Assembly: GCA_964019335.1 (NCBI GenBank)
Contig: OZ025704.1
Coordinates: 1-64,000, forward strand
Length of the DNA stretch: 64,000 nucleotides
From: Diplonema japonicum
Lineage: Eukaryota; Protista; Euglenozoa: Diplonemea
Direction of reading: 5' to 3'
Position 1 is the stretch's first letter. Each line of letters starts with the position of its first letter. A model generated the notes under the pieces. That model was not told the DNA's origin and did not search any database. It worked only from the letters and a program-made list of their open reading frames with translations. Below are positions 49,401 through 58,744 of the stretch, piece after piece. Both the position numbers and the translations under genes were made by a program.

Positions 49401-50020
49401 ATCTTGTGTTCGGACAAGGGGAGGGGCGTGCCAGTATCACAAGAGGGAAGAATGTGACCTACTTGCGGTGGGGGGTGGTGGTGGCCGCCAGGATGATGGA
49501 CAGGGCTGGGTTGGTGGTGCTGGACATGTTCTTGGAGATGACGTTCGCGGAGTTCAAGGCGACAGGAGGCAAGGAGAGGTTCAGGACAGAACTGATGGCG
49601 CGAATGGCAGGACAGAGCGTGGCGGAGGGTGTGGAAGCAACTGTGACGGCGGAAGCAAATGGGTTAATGACCCATGTCACACTTACCCTGAAGACTACAG
49701 AAGGGTGGGAACAAGATCTTGCCGAAGTGGCCTCAGCCTTCAAGGCAGGGGGGGAGGCGCTTAATGCAAGCACGTGGCACCTAGTGGCGCGTGTGGCTAA
49801 TACCACAAGAGCCCCAGAGACAGTGTCCCCAGGCAATCTGCTGACACCCTCCCCCACACCAGAGGAGGGCAAGGGCACCATCCTCGTCGTTATCCTGGTG
49901 GTTGCTGCAGGCCTCTCACTCCTTGCCTTTGTCATCATCTCACAACTCCGCACGCCACGGCTGGTCAAGCGCCGGTCGGAGTACACTGAGTCGGGCTTTC
50001 CAGACCCACCTATGGTGTGA
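40484..50020 (+). CDS. 3178-aa type-I membrane protein with multiple dCache-like extracellular modules
   Basis: Uninterrupted ORF with a signal peptide, dCache-like motifs (KERLWY…WTDVYSF…GVAGADF; GVLVAGVSL; GKFIGLVTV), one C-terminal TM and a ~26-aa tail. Confidence 0.8.
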   Translation: MLRCAVVLLFLHCYVFGLLTEEAQQDMGQAGLDVGHFSLQGMKDAAEELASKEWPVEASCLAGEHPKALCEMRADILERDVFRSETAQAGRVFHSLFVDGIRTVEDLADESLDSIDLDLDKREFNTDFCSSTWFGENSNYVDDTTCISGTACSQLNGPVTQAGDGLTLKKMTLTLAHALSTGPRTTQNFEAAYTSSRITLNPEHNTVADLYEGNKPFHTYLFLQLAFLPDLHWAYYGDNSSNLFLGYKRDLHTGDKVYTYGSSEGLFFFSTDKNGKPVSQTGHDPTWAMKERLWYVTGWNGLDPTNPRFTTPFKWTDVYSFSPPKDNDVGISSVSRVTSEGVAGADFYLNGFVHRFLDKVKLHKDSVFFVMNDKGVHMASNKVAVTNGVSVQAVDVPYAEIAQTAKYLIEHYPSLVDSSQSDYKKAQLAYAKFMTIDIGGTTWRVSVTAPVELFGWSVTYMVPVGPHEPIPSETNKCITKIGCATSVGGSVLEWRKAFADAKNTHLQILEQNAREVVLSIDVDRDTSLAHTSTAADLRAKLDQFPMDYVHIVNTKTRTIEAAVNRVADNYYELKCVDDCTSGQLYDGTTPVEDNVAIDWKWYGLASRLPAGHLKGFHVLYDLHGQKAHSYVLIDPSRPDVVINVGYTLSTYRKYLSTYANEGTVVYVMDNVLRLKGASVGAWPPRASSDQAHKHVYESARALQHHVVDIVDEYVRSLEVPTDEGTLFVDYRRMGTGPFHTAQSYSVLVIVRQTHQVAVSSQGLPKECIPCSASTVSMEVRKQVLQEAVDETRDALHTPPRAVLATDAYMQAGYLDASDPAAMLKHFKKQLNTYSATLSWVGIYDVATFSFIGTLDSGKQENTALGALWMTRGTAMYKERDDVPPKDLWAWSAMETIGTEVMMLAVRPVIRDDSMVGVLVAGVSLAKIKNSAFKHLSTEHIVVLSATGTPLFSTMPDADAQQMAEKYTKLYPATEFSWTTEGVVTHKALANGTLTVYGDSEIVHMSEGWAHNKNKVRYSIRWRAVSSAIEEYKEGVCVQNAECGTLIEQRLVSLRSKVLPLMEEALRVDEARIKECVTMEFADHYVNIFLQNTLTNVNKHKAMKFLAYHLTLFPEVSYLALHSTNHNDRFISLYRKEGSPNEFRAWYCWAHKCHVNKISQTGELGSILLGHGIDLSQGTIEYWDLYIAQKTKITEQVNSGKLVFKAGGFSSTELVEKLKSVDMVGGSVLYLHDKTTSEVIANRGDADDLVQTSKSLTVSPTSSIKTISHALAGVPYEISYMAYRNWVLVVVQQKENTDKVNFDVTLAHNPTCSEQGLCAEQIDDLRELDYTAKADFIAIRTARYFKLLQSAIAQLPVSTWLASPLGEIFSSTAEYVKTMQYHVAGSKSISAAYLTDGTVHCYISDATVVWQNSTGVYEGSSVTSTLAPIEEWNPPDVGHAAGWIVTSDAISVRADAGEGSVAIISNAELLVGNVLEPFEGAVLLPSGATVASNTICQNALKDLTDTTLLANVKADLDVSIRGQCALDARTVRGAHPEVVVLSMESDVHANDYPNVAGAYGCVTWEACSAAAETARIKLMDTIVRHVFSEYKVAEAEFRRLSSAVSINEQLVTAHHITWIADVSNGFRGFLNNKTNDKIYNLECLSPACTTIGVWAQLSEVATMDPLYTFEAPVLVDGEITATADYIYFKKGKLAAAVPLSSLAYGVDGYSKVQFEHDTVQRDTIKEGDVVHRTVGPTTTVTVKAGDVLIQVQHTASFFVATGTSAPCVVDCEKELRLFEGVDLSAKAAVVKLQQTLKIYDARLAILGNGLTATAAGDIDVEAELLCSFFPQGDVSVGWYNGTVVHQCERRKNKIKTSTTTDTHSTWMRNNVYKGRLWFTKTLNVGIVAIKVDEIDVSLTYLAPALSMEIGLKRNGVLVLGAEKAHNVEISIPAMTTGSTFWAISATAVERAILRPPNYIGCFTQLACECEKSSFTRDFSTTVSTLQQQVSDSIVTTVQSAAKSISDAPNQIFTIASHALDQAFIMEAAKEAYTGYIRRDSSLVSVSCSSTACTALAVTADGESYGEPLSVRDIPTYTQLVSRLGDSLLYDGRKGYLTVTEGTIQIVAGVSFDTLVEALTSLEEAIPEGSTMFLVDQKSGSLLQQYSNNEKVKTLETKCRDAIYGAKPESCINGDSAYSVSKVQGGSDVAIVTFIYRPSKELSKDSSTVVALLQRVENDFEKLGPTAFSLYYQSSLGNIVGIMGRNPGIFAKIDVKAVLEVHRKAQRQKTWWLEVRADKNNIILRRGVNRGGKFIGLVTVVYELGKEMNNRLKSYHGGSMYVFSQDGIFLGTSADTSDPSYSFATFNLVEVHRPSLYTLGKHSGQRQAYMSFVDPVFIVVSNAVTRPTTPCLSASGCELIISSMTTREMRVLLLSSMESTFLSMDAAESLLNSLQWYVNSTVLGGFLKNIRKHESDVLKILQTRGEIYGVDSVMVDVGYPLGVQKRDEVTHTRRCSAFVDGSDVCRTTSLYDNAGNVVETTPVKLVRDASTAQDTTSWTLKQITGIFIEAAYGVFSIGSFVPAQVSIVVDPATDTLLKDSGMGADVLAHMQSTGYKTATGLTEGVIPTKEVAYMFTPVARGEVKLFYVIVKKIEKLPGQDVSPTVAGAVPDILHYLENNPWIAYMSFTSNNDTVGVTKDMHLTAAPDATDPENGWARLVEGRLAYCMPKATTPQGVVCASRDTSDVSNDMALWGTGYLMLTHPEGDTVHPKASEVYTTLQEYEVHTNTDIVHHPAEDLYVTMDSSQYAPWVMRYASRMPSAPRHASDAAKVTSAVMAARLAERAATVILARDTFSTWGMQKLQDTPQLMFIGRSKGSGYLRDPDNAGEVLFVGCRDKNMECGVLQLWKLNQATGDVTGLAGALPPFTTDPLTCKLGDTVSRAFSNFAENPAAPTVVCSMPPPQGVLLLIADQEENLLVGGRNADVDNQAREDLSDLVFGQGEGRASITRGKNVTYLRWGVVVAARMMDRAGLVVLDMFLEMTFAEFKATGGKERFRTELMARMAGQSVAEGVEATVTAEANGLMTHVTLTLKTTEGWEQDLAEVASAFKAGGEALNASTWHLVARVANTTRAPETVSPGNLLTPSPTPEEGKGTILVVILVVAAGLSLLAFVIISQLRTPRLVKRRSEYTESGFPDPPMV

Positions 50021-50914
50021 TGGGAAATGGGGAAAGAAAAAAAAAATCACAACAACAGAGCGACGACGTTGAGCTGCCTGATATACGGGAGGCACCCACA
50101 CAGGTGTAGGTGATAGGTGGTTCTTTATTAACTTCTTCAACCGTTCTTCTTCTTTTCTTTTTATTTTATTTTTATTTTTATTTTTTCTTTTCTTTTGTGG
50201 ACATTGTAACCCTCGACAACATCAACCAACTCATTCTGTGGTGCGGCAACAAGGAAGAATAAAATAATAAGAAGCTTACTCCTCGTATCTCAACACTGTG
50301 CCAGCAGTGCAAAAATAGTATAATCAGCTCCGTTATTTGAACACAACTTCCCTATGGTTGCACGCTGGCCCTTTTTTTCCCTCTCTCCTTTGCTACGTTT
50401 TTTGAAAAGGCTTTCCTCGTGTCAAATAGCGGAGTACTGACAATATCGTTAACATTCCGAGGGGAAAACGAAAAAGGGAAAAAAAGAAGGAATGAACAAA
50501 AAAAAGAAGCTATTGCCGAATGCGACAGGAATGCATCCTGAGCTACCTTTGCGAGGTAGTCGTATTGCCTCTAATTTGCAAGACTGCTTGCAATGGGCCC
50601 CTTTTAGAGATATGAGGGCGGTTGTGCTTTTTCTCTTCTCAGGAAGACGCTTTTTCTGTGTCCACACGCACCCAGCACCCCCCAATTCTCTTTCTAATTA
50701 ACCTTGTTGAGTGGAAAAAAAAACCGCATCTGTTACTCCCCCCCCCCCCCCCCCCCCTACCTTTGGTTATGTTAAGATATTCATTTTTCTTTTTATCTAT
50801 TTTTTTTTTTTTACCTGCCCATGATTCGTTTTTCTCATCTAAATACACAAAGCACAGGGGTAGGGGGTGGAGGGGCACCATCGCACCTCCCAAGATTCCC
50901 GCGGGGCGTAGAGG

Positions 50915-51421
50915 GTGGCGACTGTGGACGACGAGGGGGGCAGCCAGCAAGCGGAGGAGCATGCAAAGGCTGAGCCATTGGCAAGCTGGCCGCTTGTGAA
51001 GGCGGCCCCCTGCGGGCACAACGAGTGGATGCGTGTGAGCAGAATGAAAGGGACCGTGGTGTACCTGAAGTGCAGGGTCTGTCTGGCCAACTGGTGCACG
51101 AATCTTGAATGGCATTTGAAGTGCCCATCCCACTTCCACGGTGGGTGTGCCCATGGCTCTGACTGTTCGCATGTTCATATCTACCGAGTCCAACCAAAAC
51201 AAAGAAAAGTCTGGAGGAAGCTCTATTCGAATGAACGTCCAGCCGAAGCCTCGGATGATGATGCCGACGGGCCACCGCCCCTGTCATCACCACCAAGGTC
51301 GCCACCACTGCCCTTCAGTCTCATCCCGTCCCTGCCTTATCCTGCTGCCCAATTTCAACAACAACAACAACAACAGCAACAACAACAATTGCAATGGGCC
51401 CTTGTTGCTCCACCCCCTCCC
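50915..51421 (+). CDS. Euglenozoan-type Zn-ribbon + CCCH zinc-finger protein (start uncertain, 3' end in gap)
   Basis: CGHNEW…YLKCRVC…W followed by C-x6-C-x5-C-x3-H, then polyQ/Pro before the N gap. Confidence 0.65.
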
Positions 51422-51621
51422 NNNNNNNNNNNNNNNNNNNNNNNNNNNNNNNNNNNNNNNNNNNNNNNNNNNNNNNNNNNNNNNNNNNNNNNNNNNNNNN
51501 NNNNNNNNNNNNNNNNNNNNNNNNNNNNNNNNNNNNNNNNNNNNNNNNNNNNNNNNNNNNNNNNNNNNNNNNNNNNNNNNNNNNNNNNNNNNNNNNNNNN
51601 NNNNNNNNNNNNNNNNNNNNN
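51422..51621. other. Assembly gap (200 N)
   Basis: Run of N. Confidence 0.99.
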
Positions 51622-51719
51622 CCTCTCGGTTACTCCAGACAAAAGACTGGACACACCCCACACCCCTCCCCCCACCCCCAGTTTCCCCCCAGTGGTTATT
51701 ATCGCAAAAAAAAAACATG

Positions 51720-51792
51720 GCCCCGTTGGCGCAATGGATAGCGCGTTGGACTTCGAATCCAAAGGTTGCGGGTTCAAGTCCCGCACGGGGTT
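51720..51792 (+). tRNA. tRNA-Arg(TCG)
   Basis: Cloverleaf: GCCCCGT/ACGGGGT acceptor stem, GCGC D stem, TTGGA-CTTCGAA-TCCAA anticodon arm and GCGGG-TTCAAGT-CCCGC T arm. A T-run follows. Confidence 0.95.
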
Positions 51793-51829
51793 GTTTTCTT
51801 TCCGGATTTCCTCAAATAACATCCCTAGC

Positions 51830-52295
51830 CCACAACTATGCGGTGGCGACCGAGCTTCGGTCCGCGCACTTCCCCCTTGGCTTCCCCAGACAAGCTGAAA
51901 CGGTCATCTCGCGGCTGCGGATTGGTCACTCGGCTCTCTTCTTCGGCTTCCTGCAGACTGCTGGCCCGAACAGGAAGCACAAGGGTGTGCTCCGGTGCCC
52001 AGCCTGCCACGCAGCGCCGATGTCCAGGGAGCATGTTGTCGGTGGGTGCCCTGTGATCGGGAGGGGGGCGATCGACACTCCTGCTGGTACTCCCTCCCTA
52101 GCGTTCTCCCTGTCGAGACGCGTGACCCAGATCTACGACCTCGTTGTTGAGTCTGGCCTGCTCGCCTGGTCACGCTCCGGACTGTTCACCTCGCCATCAT
52201 CCCTGGCGTCTACGGACGTCACTGCACCTTCAAACGTGCCGCCCCCTCCTCCGGTCTCTCTTGACGCCGGTCCCGTGGCCCCCGTGCTGCGCTAA
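51830..52295 (+). mobile_element. 5'-truncated fragment of an Ingi/I-group non-LTR retrotransposon (C-terminal CCHC region)
   Basis: RQAETVISRLRIGHS…CPAC…EHVVGGCP, typical of the I/Ingi ORF C-terminus. Stop at 52293-52295. Confidence 0.7.
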
Positions 52296-52704
52296 GGGAT
52301 CGCCCCGCGTGTGTGTGTAAAATGGAATGTTGTGTTTCCCACTTTCCTTTCCCTTCCTTCCCCTTCCTCTCACTGTTTCCCATTTCCCCTTTTTTTTCAC
52401 ACTCACCAATGATTCGCTCAATAGGAGCAATACCTCCCTGGGGGCCAAAGAAGGACATCCAGCTGGAAGGTAGGCCCCCGTTTTTCTCTCACTTGACTGA
52501 GGGAATAATGTAATTCAGCCCTCTTCGGCTGTCCCAAAGCAGAGCACGGGTTGGTGGGGGACCAGGGCTCCTCCTGCTTGCAGAAGCCTGGTCCTTTGCC
52601 CTCCCTATTTCCCCATGGTTTCCCTTCACCTTTTTTTCCCTTTTCTCAGGTGTTGCTCTCCATGGCGGCCCTGCATTGGTATTTTGAAAAAAAAAAATTG
52701 TGCA

Positions 52705-52776
52705 GGGTACGTAGCTCAGTGGTAGAGCGTTCGGCTGCAGTCCGATTGGTCCCTGGTTCGAACCCGGGCGTGCCCT
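52705..52776 (+). tRNA. tRNA-Cys(GCA), copy 1
   Basis: GGGTACG/CGTGCCC acceptor stem, anticodon loop CTGCAGT, T arm GGTTCGAAC. Oligo-T follows. Confidence 0.95.
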
Positions 52777-53252
52777 ATTTTTTTTTAACCCACGTCAACA
52801 GTCCCATAATCTGGAAGAAGAGCAGGGAATGTGGCAAAGATAAAGATTATGGCTACTCAAGCTTCAAAGAAGAACTTGTTAGCAAGCTTCTCAACCATGC
52901 CCCAAAAACCGATTGCACCGTCACCGACCCCCACCGCGCAAACACGCGGACTAGCAGTGAGGATTCCCACCCAGAAATACGCAACACAGCTTTCCAGGAC
53001 CCAATGAAAAACGGCCATGGTCCACTTCCGGGCATTCATATGCCGAACTCAGGTCCCTGGAGGGTGTCCCCGGCCACGTCCGTCAAGAAGAAACGGACAT
53101 GATCCCCAGGGACATGGGCTGCAAAGTGGTCGGCAGGAGGTTTGCCAAGGTCGACGGCAGGAAGGTCATGTTCTTGCAGGTGGTCGCCTCACAGCCCTCG
53201 ATCTTCCAGTACGGCGACAGGCTCCTGAAGTGCCACGCGAAGGGCAAAATGT

Positions 53253-53324
53253 GGGTACGTAGCTCAGTGGTAGAGCGTTCGGCTGCAGTCCGATTGGTCC
53301 CTGGTTCGAACCCGGGCGTGCCCT
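53253..53324 (+). tRNA. tRNA-Cys(GCA), copy 2 (identical to copy 1)
   Basis: 72/72 identical to 52705-52776, followed by ATTTTTT. Confidence 0.95.
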
Positions 53325-53458
53325 ATTTTTGTATTTTTGGCCAATTCCTGCACCAGATGTACTTTGTGCAGTGATGTCATTTACCTTACAAACACTTAAG
53401 AAGGAAAAAGCAAAAAAAAAAAGAAAAAGAAAAAGAAAAAGAAAAAGAAAAAATAATC

Positions 53459-54486
53459 ATGGCCGATGCAACTGAGATGACGCCTCTTCAGGCAGTAGCT
53501 GGCATGGAAGATGGTGTAAGGGAAAACATCCTTGCTCTCCAGTCTCTGCAGAAGAAGTACCAAGACCTGTTCCTGGATTTTTGCAAGGAAAAGGATGCAT
53601 TAGAGGCAAAATATGAAGAGAAATATGCGCCCCTGTACAACAGGAGAAGGGAGATCGTGTCAGGGACCGTAGACGCAAGCGAAGAAGAGATCAAGAAGGG
53701 TGAAGAACTGCAGAAGAAGGATGAGGATGAGAGCAAGATCGAGGAGATTGATGACAATGGGGAGGTTAAGGAGTCGAAGCCTGTGGCTGACGATACCTTG
53801 GGGATCTCTGACTTCTGGTTCATTGCAATGTCCAATGAGGACACTGTGGCCGGGACAATCGAGGAGTGCGACAACGAGATTCTTTCCCACCTGGTGGATG
53901 TGAGGTGCAAGACGACTAGCGAGCCCAACGGTTTCGTGCTGACGTTCGAGTTTTCCGAGAACGAATTTTTCACCAACAAAGAGCTTACAAAGGCGTACGA
54001 GACGAAGCTTGATGACAAGGATGGTGAGCAACTCCTCTACAAAGCCCATGGGTATGCAAAAAAAAAGGGGGTGCAATCTTCACAAAGCTGCAAAATCGAG
54101 TGGAAAGATGGTAAGAACGTGACCTGTAAAATTGTCAAGAAGAAGCAATCGTCGAAGTCTGGAAAGGGCACTAGGGTTGTAGAGAAGACTGTCCCTAAAA
54201 AGTCTTTCTTTGGCTTCTTCGAGCCTCCTTTTGCGGAGGACGAGGACCTTACCGACGAGATCGCGGAGAGGATGGAGGAAGACTTCATGATCGGTACCGT
54301 GATAAAGGAATCAATTATCCCTAGAGCTATTTCCTGGTTCACTGGTGAAGCCGCGTATAACTCCTTTGAGGTATAAAAGGGACACAATGTGCAAATTAAA
54401 CACAGGGGTTTGACTTTGGAGATGACGATGAAGAAGATGAGGAAGAGGAAGAAGGCGCACCCAAGCAGGACTGCAAGCAGCAGTAG
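53459..54486 (+). CDS. NAP1: Nucleosome assembly protein 1
   Basis: LEAKY…PLYNRRREIV, GISDFW, F.F..NEFFTN..LTK, GCKIEWKDGKNVT, SFFGFF. Introns 54052-54087 and 54371-54405. Acidic tail ending CKQQ*. Confidence 0.93.
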
Positions 54487-54947
54487 AAAGGGAGGAGAGG
54501 GAGGGGGGGACAAACAAGAAAATAGTGTGAATTTTCTTAATGGCTTTTAGGCCCTCTTTTTACCTTTCCCCCCTTTGAACACTCCCCTTTATTTTGTCCC
54601 CTACCCCCACCCCCTTTTTTACAACTATCCTTATCATCATACCAAAAAAAAAAGGGAGGGGGGCTCACCAGGAGCAGGGATTTTTTTATCTTTCATATTT
54701 TTTTTTTTTTTCCATTTCCCCTCACTTGCAGGAATGAGAAGGGGACAAAGCAAAAAAAAAGAAAAAAGTATCATCCCAGCCCGAGACCACCATCCTCCTA
54801 TTCCCCCCTTTTCTTTCTGCCCCATCCACCTTCCGCTTTTTTTTTTTTCTTTTTTTTTTTGGACCATCTTCAGATGAAAAAAGAAGAAGGGGGGGGTATG
54901 CAGCTGAGTGACACTGGAACTGAGAATGAAGGAGAGAAACGAAAAAG

Positions 54948-54983
<36 letters not shown>

Positions 54984-55689
54984 GTCCTGGAAATTAGAAA
55001 AGAAAATGAGAAAAAAAAAGAAGAAAAAAATAAGACATTGTGTCTGAGAAGGAGAGAAGAAGATGCAAAAACAAGGCAAGAAGGAATGTGTTCTTGAACC
55101 GCTTTTTGTTAACAAAAGAAAGAGGGGGAGGGGGAGAAGAAGGCAGGTTTCAAAAAGAGATGGCAGCTGCCTCATGTTCTATTCTGTTGACGAAAGTTAT
55201 TCGCCTGTTTTTTGTAGGTCTTTTCTTTCCCTTTCTCCCAAAGGGGGGGATACTGGGTGAAGACAAGAAGCAGAAAGAGCAAGGAAAAGATGGGGGAAAC
55301 AAAATAAATAAAGAAACAAGAGGAAGAAAGGTATCTGGGTGCAATAGAAAGAGAAAAAAGAAAAGAACAACACAAAGAAGACCATCCAAACATTTGTTGA
55401 AATGACTCCTTCTTCTAAAACTCCTACTTATAGCAGGCACTCGACTTACCGCTTGGCTACTAAGACCGTGGGCTGTCCCCCCACGACCCTTCCCGTTCTC
55501 ATTTTTCAGCAAAAAAAAACGGTCTTCTTAATTTTGCTCCCCCCCCCCTTTTTTTGTTCTTTGCACCTTGTACCTCTTCTTATCTCATTTCCCTTTTCCC
55601 CGTTGCTTTCGAACTTTCTTTGTCGCTTTTTTTATTTTTCCACTCCGCGCACCGTGTCACAACCCACTCCCTTCACCGTCGCTGTTACT

Positions 55690-55740
<51 letters not shown>

Positions 55741-55905
55741 CATTATTCTTTACCTTCCCCAAACTTTTTTCTGTTTCACCCCCCCCCCCCGTCCTTTTTT
55801 TTTCCTGATCTCTTTTTTTCTTGCGCGTGTTTATTTCTTCTGCTTGGGGAATGAGAAAAAAAAAAGCAAAAAAAAAGGAAAGAAAAGAAGAAGGGAACAA
55901 AAGTG

Positions 55906-58713
55906 ATGCCACCCAATAAAAGCAGAGGAAGAGGCAGAGGACGGGGCCGCGCGGAAAAGGAAGAGGAAGACGAAGTGACTGTGACAGGGGATGGGGCGGC
56001 CATATTGGCGAAGCTCAGGGAAGGTGGAGAGGTACCGTTGAATTTATACAGAAAAGCATACGACCTGGAGAGGTCCGGGCAGGGGAAACCCCGGACCATC
56101 GCAGGGAGCATGAACAAGCTAAAGACGCGTGCAGACCTCGACGAGTACATAGAAGAAAAGATAGGACCGGACCCGTCGGACAGACTGCTTTCCGATTCAG
56201 ACTCGGAAGAAGACGACGACACCCCTCGTGTAGGACTGCGCAACCTCAGCCTCACCTGCTACATCAACGCCATCCTGCAGTGTTTGAAGAACGACAACTG
56301 GTTCGTGCATGAAGTCATGAAACTAAAGAGCCACGACGAGCCCACCAAGGAGTTCCAACAGGTCCTCTACGGCCTCCGGTCCCCAGGTCTGAAATGGATC
56401 GACCCTGAAAAGCTCATCACAAAGCTTGAAGTCTGCTCTTCCGAGCAACAGGACGCACACGAGTTCTACCGTCTCCTCCTGGACTACCTGATGTCCGCCA
56501 ACGCCCATGATGCGGGATTCACAAAATCCATGAAACGCGTCTTCGAAGGTGGTGTCTTCTACGAGTCAAGCTGCGGGCACTGCGGTACCAGTGTCCCCCG
56601 CCATGAGGCCACTACTGAGATCACGCTTCCTCTTGTCGCCGAAAAGAAGAACCTGACTCTTGAGGATTGCCTCGACGAGCAGTACAACAGCGCCATCGAG
56701 CTCATCAACGACAACATGTACTACTGTGACGTCTGCAAGGGCAAGCAGGACGGGAAGCGCACAGCGAAGCTGGGGAACCTCCCCGAGGTAATGGTCTTCG
56801 CGTTGGTACGGTTCGTGTACGACGTGAAGAAGAACAACAGATGCAAACGACAGCAGACCATCTCGTACCCCACAACCCTGGACATGACCCCATGGGTCAA
56901 GACACAGAAGGGCTCAACTTATACCCTTCAGTCAACAATCCACCACCATGGGTCCTCCGCACACGGAGGGCACTACGTGGCAAGGCTCCACGACAAAGAC
57001 GACGGCTGGTTCCTCTACGACGACACTGATGTCACACACGACACGAAAACTAAGCCTGTCGCCTCTCGCCTCTCTTCCAATGATGTATACATCCTGGTGT
57101 ACACATCTGACTCCCGTGCTCCGGCCCCCGACATGACTGTGCCTCACGAGTGCGTTGCCGAGAAGGACTCTCTCATTGCTTCCCTCAAGTCCACCACCGA
57201 GGCCTACAAAGCTGAATACGAGGCTCTTGCAACCGAAGGCAACGTCTTCCTCAAGGCGCAGAAGGAGGTGGAAAAGATACTCCGAACGTCGCCTTTCAGG
57301 CAGTCCGACTTCCCGGACCCTAACATGCCCCTTCCCAACTACTCCTTCGTATCAACATGGTGGCTGCAGACTTACTTGGAAGGGTATTTCGTACCCGCAT
57401 CTGTGCAGTCTGTGAAGGTGGGGAAGCAAGGCGTGGACAGTAAAAACAATTTGCGGTATCTAAGCGATAACACAGAAGAAGAGCATAATGTGATATATAG
57501 GGACCCGTGCGACGCAAGGAACTATGAGCATCTGCGGTGCTTACATTCAACGAAAGGAGACCTGCGGGTGGACCCTGAGAAGGTGAAAGGGGTAAAACTG
57601 CTTCCAGTGGCCGCAGTGCAAATCATGAGCGAGTCTGTGGTGGGGAAGGGCCCCGTGCAGTCTGCAGACAACACGATGTGCATGGAGTGCGTGAGGATGA
57701 AGATCATGGGCGATGACGACCTGATACGAGCACAGTCCAGACGGGAAGAAATGATCTTCGCTGCCGACCACACGCCAGCGCAGGATGGTGAGGCGTACTG
57801 GATTTCCATGAAGTGGTGGAACGAATGGAAAAAGAAGCCCAAAGCCAACGCTCCCTCCATCCCGGAAAAACTCCTTGAATGGGATCTCTTCCAAGACGTG
57901 CGGTGCGAACACGGTGCCCTCTCCGCCAACCTCAACTGCAAGAAGCTTGTCTCCAAAGAGGTGTTCCTCCACCTCGTCGAAGAGCGCAGCATGTTCGCTT
58001 CCAAACCTTACCTATCCCGATCAGAGGTGAAGGAGTGCCCTGTTTGCCGCAAAATTCGCGAACAGGAAAGCCAAGATTGCTCCGCCGCTCAGGAAATCAA
58101 GAAAAAACTCAAAAGACTGCTCAAACCCCTCACCGATGCCGTGCGGCAACAGGAGTCCCTCAACATCATCAAAAAAGACTATGTCAGACAGGTATGTGTC
58201 TTTGCGATGTCATAGAAAAAAAAATAAAAAAAAATCAAACACAGCGCGGGACTCTTTTCAAAGAATGGGACAAAGCGACAAAGAAAAAGAAAAAAGAGGA
58301 AGAGAAAAGAACCAGAGAAGCGGTTAAAGAGGCAACAAAACAGAGAGAACAAGAAGAGGTATCAACACCCCCTTTTCAAATCAAAAAAAAAAAAAAAAAA
58401 AAAAAAAAAGGCGGAAGAAGCACAACGAAAAAAAGAAGAGCTTTTGAACCTGCCACCCCTACTCGGAGGCAGGGTGCAGTGCACAATATGCGACAAGTCT
58501 ATCACGGTGAAGGACTGGAACGCGCATAAGGTAACTTCCCCTCCCCCCTAAAAAAAAACAACAAAACCAAAACAGAACTCCACGAAACACCTCGAGAGCG
58601 CAATGAAGAAAGGGATAACAAACATAGATGCAGCCCACGAGGACATCGAACTCGTCGAACGAAAGAACAGGATGCCTATTGATGTAGAAGACGTATGCAA
58701 CAAACAACAAAAC

Positions 58714-58744
<31 letters not shown>

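Noticed and set aside
51141-52295. ORFs spanning the N gap
   Set aside because: The frame across 200 N is meaningless, and they also overlap a tRNA.
52400-52415. CACTCACCAATGATTC, 15/16 identical to the SL/piggyBac junction
   Set aside because: Lacks the conserved SL 3' half and includes non-SL bases; most likely chance.
54490-55900. Many short F/K-rich ORFs in intergenic DNA (also 59800-61480 apart from the 60199-60606 gene, and 62410-62890)
   Set aside because: Homopolymer-rich UTR/intergenic sequence, whose run lengths may also be sequencing-error prone.
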